IMG/VR virus record: IMGVR_UViG_3300042882_000899
Span: 32,001 to 96,000 of that record
DNA from: a virus
Reading direction: 5' to 3' (one strand)
Length of the DNA: 64,000 bases
Of the stretch, positions 56,701 through 64,000 are shown piece by piece (positions within the stretch are counted from its first letter, which is position 1; each line of letters begins with the position of its first letter). Below the pieces are notes generated by a model. That model ran no database searches, was not told the DNA's origin, and saw only the letters and a list, made by a program, of their open reading frames with translations. Position numbers and translations under genes: made by a program.

Positions 56701-59700
56701 ATTCAAAGAATGCCTGAGCTGTATGCAGCAGTAGATGCAGCAAATAGCGGATATAGTTTTGGCGGTCAGATTATGAGAGGCACATATGGATATGGAAGAG
56801 ACAGCGTTCTATCAATATGGGCAAAGCTAGTTAACTCTAAAGATTATCCAGTTGTAATTAAATCAGCAACAGTTGCTTCTGATGCTGCTATATTATCACA
56901 GCTTACTGGCATGGATATTAAAGATGCCACAAAGAGAGTTTCTTCAGATTATGATGAAGCAACAGAGTACGCTAAAAAGGCAGCAAATAAAAATGGAACA
57001 AGAAAAACAGAAGAGTTTGTAAAAGCAAGAACAGCCCAGCTTATTAGATTAAGCAAAGAGTACCCAGGTGCAAATTTAATTTTAGATCAATATTCAAGCA
57101 AAAATAAGTACAATCAAAGTGCAAAAGCAGCTGGTATGAAAGCTATAGCTCCTGAAACATATGCAGGAACAATGAGAGCTGTAGTTAAGGATTTAATAGA
57201 TGATGGAGTTTTAACTCCAGCACAAGCAAAGAAAGTTTTTGGAATTTTAGGAGGAGTAACAGATACGTACGATCCAATTTCTAAATCTCACACCATGACT
57301 GCACAAAGAAGTGCTTCAATATTCAAGCCAGGCGAATTACAAGCCCTACTTGTTAAAGAAGGAATGTCAAAAGCAGAAGCAGCAAAATTTGCCGATGTCA
57401 CTGGAGTTAGATCAAATAATTTTGTTGGTCAGTCGACTGGGCTTGCAAAATCATTTAACACTATGGGAAGATGGCTAGAGGTATCAACTGATGGAACTTT
57501 TAGAGATGAAGTTTCACCATTTCAAGACGAAGCAAAGGGCAACTTTATATCAGGAATTAAAAAACTTAAAACTAAGTTGGGAATTACAGGCCCCACAACA
57601 ATGAAGGAAATTATTAAACAGCTAACATTGATGAGAATGAAATCTGCATCGGGCTTTAATTCTAAAATGGTTACAACATTGCGTGGAAAGCTGTCACACA
57701 TATCGTTTGCAAAACCAGCACTAGGCCCACTTGCTGGAGAATTTAATATGGGCGGAATGATTCCAGGTGGATCTATATCTAGAAATAGAAAAAACTACGG
57801 AAATCCTGCTCAGTTAATAAAGCTTTTAGCTGCAGATAAGCAGCTAAAGATTTTAGCAAAAGCTAGAGAATTAAGCTCAAGAGCCCACCTAGGCAAGTTT
57901 GCTGATACACCAGTAACTGAATATGGACATCAAATTTCACCTAGCTCTGGTATGAGTTATCCTATACCTGGCGTATCTGGATTGTATAAAGTTGATAAGA
58001 AAAAAGTTTTCGTTAAAGGCGTAGATCATGAAGTAGTTGCAACACATGAGCCAATCGGAACCAGAATTGCAAGAGATCTTTTCGGAATAGAGGCTCCAGT
58101 TCAAACAGCTAGAACAGTTGTCAACCCGTTAGATCCAAAAAGAAAAAGCAAGCTGCTTGCACTAGAATCAGACTATGATCCACGATTTGCAAACACTAAT
58201 GTGCCATGGGATGAAGACACGATAATTAGACAGCTTGCTAATTCTCTTCTACTCAACAATAAAGACTTATCTAGAGGTAACGTATACGGTAATTTTAACC
58301 CAGATGTTGGAAATGCTGGAGTGTTTAAAAAAGCATCTGGAAACACAGCACTTGCAGAAGCCCATGAAATGAACTCTATGGAAAAGCAAGCAATGATTAA
58401 TTTACTTGCTGTTAAAGGTGGAGCAAGAAAAGACTTTGCACGTGATACAGCCCCAATAATTGCTAAAATGAGCCCAAAAAAATATGGTCGAAAAATGAAA
58501 AAGGTGTTAGAGGATGCTCGTCCAAAATTATTACAACTAATAAATGATCTACCTGTAGATCTTAGACCACCTTACCAAGCAATGCTCAAAAGATTGGATG
58601 ATGGAATAGATGTTGATTGGAGTAAGTATCATGCTGTACATTCTAATCCAAAATATCTTAATGCTGGAGGGCCAGTTGGTGGAGGACCAATAAAATCAGG
58701 AAGACGTGCCTATGGTCGAAAAGACGGGTCACGTAGACCAGGAAACCCTGCCGCCAGAGCTTCCTGGGAGGCAGAACAACGTGCACAAAGAGAAAGAGAT
58801 GCAGCAGCAGAAAGATCTAGAGCTTCATCTCGTCAAATTACTGGCCAGCAGGCCTTAACAAGCGGGCTAGGAAGAGAAGCGGTAAGAACAGGAACAACAA
58901 GCTTCTATAATCCTGGGCAAGTAATGGTTAACAATATGCTTGACCCATTTAAAAATTCAGCAGCAATGAAAGCTCAGTACTTATCAGCAGCTTTTAGATC
59001 TATGGGAAATTCAATTAAAGTAGACTCTATGCAGCTAGCAAAAGCCATAGATATAAATGCAAGGGTTATTACTCAGTCTATAAAGAATACTGCTGCATCT
59101 ATGAGCAGTGCTGTAAGATCAGCTGCTACATCAACATTAAATTTTGCCAAGAGAGCACAAAACGCAATCATAAGAGAGCAAAATGCATTTGCAGCAGCTA
59201 GATATCCTGTTGGACAAGCACCAGCACAAGGATTCTTTGGCCCAGGTTTTGTTGGAAATTATAAGGACATGGGCGATGGTATTCAGTCTAGAAAAGTAGG
59301 AACTCTCGGAATGAGAAGAACAGAGTACCTTGTTGATGGAACCAGCATGACTGCAAAGCAAGCAGCAGCAGCAGGAGTAGTAATACCAAGACGAGCAAAC
59401 GGTATGAGCATGGGCTCTCAAATGGGAATTGGTATGGCTGGCTCTATGGGCGGAATGGCATTGATGAACCAGGAAAAAGTTTTGGGAATGAGTGGAATGC
59501 AGGCTGGAATGGGATTAATGGCTGCAACTTCAATCCTTCCAATGCTTCCATGGGCCAAGGTAGGTACTGGAATAAAATCTGCTGGAACTGCCTTAAAGGG
59601 ATTTTCATTGACAATGGGAGGGTTAGCAAAATTTGGAGCAATGCTTGCAAGATTTGCTAAGGGCTTTGGATTAATAGGAGCAGCAATTACCGTTGCAAGT

Positions 59701-62172
59701 GCTGCATTCAAGATATACAAGGATTATAAGGATGCTCAGCAAGACGCCTCTATGGGTCTTTCTATGACAGCAAAAGCTGCAGAGCAAGCTGGAGTAAAAT
59801 ATTTTAATCTTCAGGAAACAATGCAAGGCTACATAGATAAGCAAAAGCTTGTCGCAGCAGCAGCAAAGGGATCAGAAAATAGCTCTATCGGAATGCCTGG
59901 TCTTCCTCAGTCTATAGAAGATATGAAGAAGGCAAAAGAAGAAGGCAAGGGCTTAAAGGATCTTATTGAATCTATAAATAGATCAACCAGCACACAAGAA
60001 ACACAAAGGCTTGTATCAAATCAAAAAGCTCAGTATATAGCAGCTGGAATGAGCATAGAGGAAGCAAATAAAAAGATATACGGTGCCTTAGCTAATAGCG
60101 ATAAGGCGTCCCAAGCATATACAATGCTTGCAAATACAGAATTTGGATCAATTATAGATAAAGCTTCTGCAGCAGAATTTTCTGTTGGTAACCTTGTAAA
60201 TACTTTAAATAAAGGCCCAGGAACAGCTGATTGGTACAAAGAAGTAGGCAATGGCTTTGAAGGTCTTATAAATGTTTTCTCTAACGCTACCACTTCATTG
60301 GTCGGAACTAAGGACGAGCTTGGAAATGTTATAGATGAGTATGAGGCTTATCAGATAGTTATGTCAAAGGCAGAAGCAAATAATCCTGGAATGAATAAGG
60401 AAATTGGCGCAGATGCATACAGCAATCTTGAAAGAACACAGCCCCTACTGGCATCGATCACAAATCAAACAGATAGTATAAAAGGTATTTTAGCAAAATG
60501 GAAACTTTTTACCTCTGGTATCAATGTAGATTTAAGTAAAATTGATTCAACACTAGCAATAAAGCTAGCTGGATTTACTTCAGCAATTGGAACAGGAATT
60601 GCCGAATTAACTAAAGCTGCTGACAATTCAACAACATATGGAAAAACTGGGGCAGCATTATCTAAATTACAAAAAACAATTGCCGCAACTTCTGCAGCCG
60701 CCCAAAGAGCAAATGCAGCTTCTCAAAGAAGCGCACAGGAAGAGCTAAAGGCAATTGCAAAAAAGATCAAGCTTATAGAGGAAGAAAAAAATAAAAAGCT
60801 AGAAGCATTAAGAGCAACCCAAGATGCTTCCAACTATGCATTAGAGCTACAGAAGCTACAAATTGAATATGCTGATGCAGTATCTCGTGGAGATACAGCT
60901 GCGGCAGCATCGGCAAGACTAAGCATTGATCAGCTTACTTCAAATAGACAGAGCGATCTTGCGGCTAAGGCAATTGAAGATGCTGCCAATAAGGCAAAAG
61001 CACCTTTAGAAAAAGACGCAGAAAGAATTCAAGATCGTCAAGATAAAAAGAATATTTCTTTCCAAAATGCTACAGATAATTCTGCAGTAGCTGGAGAAAT
61101 AATGACAACCATTACTGGGTTTCAAACAAAGTATAATGATTTAACAACTAGAGCAATTAACGCAAAGCTTCTTCCTGATAAAGAAAGAGCAGCAGAAGAA
61201 GCAAAGATTGTTACAGAACTTGTAGCTCTTATTAAAGAAATACAGAAAGCTGGATCTGGGAATACTACATCTGCAAAAACAATAAGAGACGCATTTGGCA
61301 CCTATTTTGACAAAGACGGTAAGCCTATGTCCCCAGGAACCACTACATCAGGATCGCCAATAGGATTTGATAAAAATGGTAAGCCTATATTGTCAAGTAC
61401 TACGACGCCAAGTAAGGGAGTCACAGACGCATTTCAAAAAGACTTAGCTGCAGTAGAAAAGCTGGCAACATCAATTACTGGAGGAGTAACATTAAAAAAT
61501 CTTCGTGACGATGTTGTAAGAGCTTTGGGTGGATACAAGTCAACAGCACCAAAGGGTACAGTAGAATTTGGAAAAGATACAGTTCAGCAAGGAAAAGGCA
61601 AAAATGCAATAGAGGCTGCTAAAAATGCAAGATCTTCTGGGTCTTCAAAGATGGTAAGTATTAATGATGTTGTATGGTATAGATTCAGCTGGAATGGTAA
61701 AGACTACATAAGTAATGATTCTGGAACAGAAGTTTACTCTTGGGATGATCAGAAAAAAACTAAGGGTGCTAGGGTTAAAATGGCTGACGGAGGAATGGTT
61801 AAACATTTTGGTCCTGGTGGAGGAGTTTACGGTCCAGGAACTGGAACTTCTGACTCTATACCAGCTATGCTATCAAATGGAGAATATGTAATTAGAGCTG
61901 CATCAGTTCAGGCAGTAGGAGTTCCTATGCTAGATAAGATAAATAAGCTAGCAGGAGGAGGCATGGTTAGTTATGACATACCTAAGTATTCAGGTGGAGG
62001 CAGAGTGAGATTTGCAGATGGAGGCCTTGCTTCCTCTTCAAGTTCATTGTATAATATTAATGTACAGCTAAACGGAACCAACTTGACAGCAGATGACGTT
62101 GCAGCTTCAATTCATAAAGAAATGAGACTTAGAGAAATGGCTTCTGGCGTAAATAGAAGGGTTGGTGGATAA
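53767..62172 (+). CDS. tape measure protein (2801 aa) with internal cargo domains
   Basis: TP901-type TMP core at ~aa 170-560; C-terminal GPGTGTSDSIPAMLSNGEYV; kinase-like insert. Confidence 0.92.
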   Translation: MADEQIVTSIVAKADLSSLVSEVHRASASLQQLQRELLASNKAISSSTKLANNLFRDTLTGSGQFSSHFVNLNSDVDKFGKNLDAGRLKLKNYFQTFREHATTQKGMIRELAKEQVMLQNSVLQPLGRNAQGLMQYNVMIPRGLDAVKNSAQLARMELQIMNRALSEGAGSLINWGKNTQWAGRQLTVGLTVPLTMFGAAASKAFREADQELVRLTKVYGGLAATSATDLKAIREEVIQTAKSLSQTMGASFKDTIALGADIAATGKMGNELLGSIEETTRLSILGEVDRQDAMKATLSIQTAFKQNTEQLTESINFLNAVENQTSTTLNDLVEAIPKAGPVIQQLGGSIEDLALYMTAMREGGINASEGANALKSGLASLINPTKQTVGIMSDFGIDVMGMVAKNTGNTTGMLMDLQTALNKLDPLSKARALEQMFGKFQFARMSALLNNLGKEGSQTLQVMDLMKASTSDLAGIAERELGMITESASGKYRKAMESLKAELASVGEEFLGIGTKILNAASKILNFFTELPTPIKKALTFMAGFTALVGPLIMLTGVLANFFGYITKGIVQLRSFFMRANGWKMLTPEIIAAQKAAEMVENAFYSDAAAAQVLHNALQKLVLDYQNLQAASMKNAVPVNPGVSTVDGNAVVAAGRRFVDPNDPYVGDPNTRAMSHIRPRDINNPATIFGGVPGAIPVNRGISRTPQMYMHDRLPNIEGLTSVKGISTGIVPGEAAKFHALMATLGMQTEQEVATLKKTIAMGGTVSRELLDTFDDILPITQRFANSAAEQSALIVQQMRNAEITVDQAKARILALNAQIEAEMGSAVSAYAVGRGRTLDLTKAPMMNQPVVDANGQFTLRDLYKKESNRAVMEEFGRVRGVRTFGAPYSIQTTRMPKFNDGGGVESFGPGKTMVSGPSSINYDDRLGSVPIGGYVLNQSASMDPANAPLVEMAAATYEDGGKITAALTPREVVFGPKIQRMPELYAAVDAANSGYSFGGQIMRGTYGYGRDSVLSIWAKLVNSKDYPVVIKSATVASDAAILSQLTGMDIKDATKRVSSDYDEATEYAKKAANKNGTRKTEEFVKARTAQLIRLSKEYPGANLILDQYSSKNKYNQSAKAAGMKAIAPETYAGTMRAVVKDLIDDGVLTPAQAKKVFGILGGVTDTYDPISKSHTMTAQRSASIFKPGELQALLVKEGMSKAEAAKFADVTGVRSNNFVGQSTGLAKSFNTMGRWLEVSTDGTFRDEVSPFQDEAKGNFISGIKKLKTKLGITGPTTMKEIIKQLTLMRMKSASGFNSKMVTTLRGKLSHISFAKPALGPLAGEFNMGGMIPGGSISRNRKNYGNPAQLIKLLAADKQLKILAKARELSSRAHLGKFADTPVTEYGHQISPSSGMSYPIPGVSGLYKVDKKKVFVKGVDHEVVATHEPIGTRIARDLFGIEAPVQTARTVVNPLDPKRKSKLLALESDYDPRFANTNVPWDEDTIIRQLANSLLLNNKDLSRGNVYGNFNPDVGNAGVFKKASGNTALAEAHEMNSMEKQAMINLLAVKGGARKDFARDTAPIIAKMSPKKYGRKMKKVLEDARPKLLQLINDLPVDLRPPYQAMLKRLDDGIDVDWSKYHAVHSNPKYLNAGGPVGGGPIKSGRRAYGRKDGSRRPGNPAARASWEAEQRAQRERDAAAERSRASSRQITGQQALTSGLGREAVRTGTTSFYNPGQVMVNNMLDPFKNSAAMKAQYLSAAFRSMGNSIKVDSMQLAKAIDINARVITQSIKNTAASMSSAVRSAATSTLNFAKRAQNAIIREQNAFAAARYPVGQAPAQGFFGPGFVGNYKDMGDGIQSRKVGTLGMRRTEYLVDGTSMTAKQAAAAGVVIPRRANGMSMGSQMGIGMAGSMGGMALMNQEKVLGMSGMQAGMGLMAATSILPMLPWAKVGTGIKSAGTALKGFSLTMGGLAKFGAMLARFAKGFGLIGAAITVASAAFKIYKDYKDAQQDASMGLSMTAKAAEQAGVKYFNLQETMQGYIDKQKLVAAAAKGSENSSIGMPGLPQSIEDMKKAKEEGKGLKDLIESINRSTSTQETQRLVSNQKAQYIAAGMSIEEANKKIYGALANSDKASQAYTMLANTEFGSIIDKASAAEFSVGNLVNTLNKGPGTADWYKEVGNGFEGLINVFSNATTSLVGTKDELGNVIDEYEAYQIVMSKAEANNPGMNKEIGADAYSNLERTQPLLASITNQTDSIKGILAKWKLFTSGINVDLSKIDSTLAIKLAGFTSAIGTGIAELTKAADNSTTYGKTGAALSKLQKTIAATSAAAQRANAASQRSAQEELKAIAKKIKLIEEEKNKKLEALRATQDASNYALELQKLQIEYADAVSRGDTAAAASARLSIDQLTSNRQSDLAAKAIEDAANKAKAPLEKDAERIQDRQDKKNISFQNATDNSAVAGEIMTTITGFQTKYNDLTTRAINAKLLPDKERAAEEAKIVTELVALIKEIQKAGSGNTTSAKTIRDAFGTYFDKDGKPMSPGTTTSGSPIGFDKNGKPILSSTTTPSKGVTDAFQKDLAAVEKLATSITGGVTLKNLRDDVVRALGGYKSTAPKGTVEFGKDTVQQGKGKNAIEAAKNARSSGSSKMVSINDVVWYRFSWNGKDYISNDSGTEVYSWDDQKKTKGARVKMADGGMVKHFGPGGGVYGPGTGTSDSIPAMLSNGEYVIRAASVQAVGVPMLDKINKLAGGGMVSYDIPKYSGGGRVRFADGGLASSSSSLYNINVQLNGTNLTADDVAASIHKEMRLREMASGVNRRVGG

Positions 62173-62762
62173 TGAGCTTTCAAAATTTATCAAAAGGCTC
62201 AATACTTTACATAGAAGCACTAGACCCATTTGCAATTGATCCAGCAACAAACTCATTCAATTATAAAGGCGAAACAGTTGTTGCACCTGGTAATACATAT
62301 ACTGCATCCACAGCAACTACAAATGGTTTATCGCTATCAAGCGCAAACTCTTTAAGATTTAGAAGACTTACAGAACACAACAGATTACCACTTTCTTTGA
62401 ATACAGAAAGAATTGAGTCTAGCCAAAGAATGGCAAACGGAGCTCTTAGAAAATATTTTATTGCAGATAAGCTAAATCTGAATGTCTCATGGGAAATGAT
62501 ACCTTCGTTTAGAAATGAAACAGTAGATGGAGCATGGGGAGCAGAAGACATAAAGAATTTTTATGAAAGTGCTGCAGGTCGTGGTCCTTTTAGAATTAAA
62601 ATTAATCCAACAGTTTTTTCTACTTCTTTAGTTGAGCAGTCAGATGGGGCATTGGCAGATGACTATACATATACTATGGCATTTACTTCATGCGATTTCT
62701 CTATTATAAAAAGAGGTCTGCAGCCATTTTGGAGCGTCAATATATCCCTGGAGCAGGTATGA
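62172..62762 (+). CDS. distal tail protein-like
   Basis: RMANG.LR.Y..ADK; follows the TMP. Confidence 0.65.
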   Translation: MSFQNLSKGSILYIEALDPFAIDPATNSFNYKGETVVAPGNTYTASTATTNGLSLSSANSLRFRRLTEHNRLPLSLNTERIESSQRMANGALRKYFIADKLNLNVSWEMIPSFRNETVDGAWGAEDIKNFYESAAGRGPFRIKINPTVFSTSLVEQSDGALADDYTYTMAFTSCDFSIIKRGLQPFWSVNISLEQV

Positions 62763-64000
62763 TATCTGTATCTACTGCAACGAGTGATCTTTTAAAAAAG
62801 GGATACGCCTTATCAACTTCTGCGGGGGCGACGCTAGAATATAATCTTAACTCTATGGTAGAGCATATATCTGCAAAAACAAATCCAGAGAGTATATCTA
62901 ATCCTTATTCAAATGCTTTTAAGAAGCTATTTCCAATAGACACGATATATAAACCATTTAGGCCACTATCCCCAGGTATTAAATATTTAGTTAATACAAT
63001 AGGCAATACAGATACCCCTTCAAATTCTTTTGAAAGACCAAGAGATCTTGATATGGGAACAAAGCCTAGACTTTATTATCCTGGGCCAGATATGGTTTAC
63101 AAATACTGGCTTGCCCCTAAAAATACGAATATTGATATTTCTTTAGAGTATTTTTCAGATGAAGCAAAAACTACTGCTAAATTAATACCATCTAATAAAA
63201 TAGTAGCCAGATTTGAAACTAGCCACGACACACCGACATTTTGGACTATATCTGCTGTTAAGCAGGATAACACTTTAATAACAGTTTCTGGTACCTCATT
63301 AAATTCAAGCGGGGAAGCAGTAATACATTTTAATGGTACTTCATGGTCAACAACTGAGCCATCTACATATACTACAACTCAGTATATTAAAAAGGTTTCA
63401 TTGCAAGCAGTTAACTCAAATACTGGAAAGTTAATAGGTGTCATAGAGCTTGTTCCAAAATGGGTTCTGCCTGTAGACTCAGACATAGTATCATTTTCTG
63501 TGAATAAAGAAACAACTGCAGATGATAGCTCAATTGTTCCAGTTGGCATAATTACAGCGAACTACTTGACTCTTTCTCTTATGAAGCCTCATACAACATC
63601 AAGATCTATTGTTGAATACAACACAAAAAATGCAATAGATAATACAAAAATTTATCTTTTTAAGAACACAATAGTTAAGCCACATGTAAACATTGGAAAT
63701 GGAACAACATCTGAAAAAGCCCCCCAAGGCATATTCTATGTAAATTCATGGAACCTATCAGAGTTTGGAGATGCAACAGTAGAGGCAACAGATGCAGCAA
63801 AGATATTGCAGGACACACTTTGCCCACAGCTGCTAGTTCAGGATGCTCCAGTAACTTCTATTATTAAAAGAGTTTTAGACTCAGTTGGATTTTCTACTTA
63901 TAAAATTAATGTTAAAAAGGTTGATGGTAAAGTTGAAGACGACTCAATCCCATCATTAGCATACTGGTGGTCTGAAGGAGATAAGACTGTGTGGGATGTT
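62759..64000 (+). CDS. tail/baseplate hub protein (partial, runs off the window)
   Basis: ATGA overlap at 62759; frame appears open to the window end. Confidence 0.65.
   Translation, partial: MISVSTATSDLLKKGYALSTSAGATLEYNLNSMVEHISAKTNPESISNPYSNAFKKLFPIDTIYKPFRPLSPGIKYLVNTIGNTDTPSNSFERPRDLDMGTKPRLYYPGPDMVYKYWLAPKNTNIDISLEYFSDEAKTTAKLIPSNKIVARFETSHDTPTFWTISAVKQDNTLITVSGTSLNSSGEAVIHFNGTSWSTTEPSTYTTTQYIKKVSLQAVNSNTGKLIGVIELVPKWVLPVDSDIVSFSVNKETTADDSSIVPVGIITANYLTLSLMKPHTTSRSIVEYNTKNAIDNTKIYLFKNTIVKPHVNIGNGTTSEKAPQGIFYVNSWNLSEFGDATVEATDAAKILQDTLCPQLLVQDAPVTSIIKRVLDSVGFSTYKINVKKVDGKVEDDSIPSLAYWWSEGDKTVWDV

Noticed and set aside
54831-60293. Minus-strand ORFs within the TMP and other structural genes
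   Set aside because: Antisense shadows of long + strand genes, with no independent signals

Overview
A 64-kb segment of a large AT-rich tailed (siphovirus-like) phage. The host is most likely actinobacterial, and a freshwater acI-like host is plausible. This is inferred from GAAAGG-type Shine-Dalgarno sites, leaderless genes, an Lsr2-like gene and actinobacterial regulator motifs. Layout: (1) 1-8.5 kb, + strand accessory genes (sulfotransferase-like, 2OG-Fe(II) oxygenase, GroES, PnuC-like, trypsin-like protease, tRNA-Arg). (2) 8.6-20.7 kb, a minus-strand block of small early-type genes (Lsr2-like, DUF1281-like, DUF932-like, tRNA-Asp) with very dense regulatory DNA. (3) 20.8-28.8 kb: methyltransferase, tRNA-Ile(UAU), oxygenases, lytic transglycosylase, class II RNR. 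(4) 28.8-44.5 kb: fibre/virion accessory genes, a (FFSPPFFPPG)n protein and a run of prolyl-hydroxylase-like enzymes. (5) 44.9-64 kb: portal, protease, capsid, neck, tail tube, -1 frameshifted chaperones and a 2801-aa tape measure protein. The best candidate new system is in block 2. It has 15 promoters matching the actinobacterial PafBC/RecA-NDp DNA-damage consensus (TGTCAG-N10-TAnnnT). Eleven of them give mRNAs with a shared AACGAAAG leader, and a ~150-nt structured sRNA displays the complement of that leader in a hairpin loop. The intergenic modules are also packed with host regulator-like sites (CRP, DnaA, WhiA, MraZ, IclR-like) around a 9-copy fixed-spacing scaffold. Other highlights are a HipA-like kinase cassette inside the tape measure protein and the proline-repeat protein with its hydroxylase cluster. 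All family assignments come from reading motifs by eye; no database searches were run.
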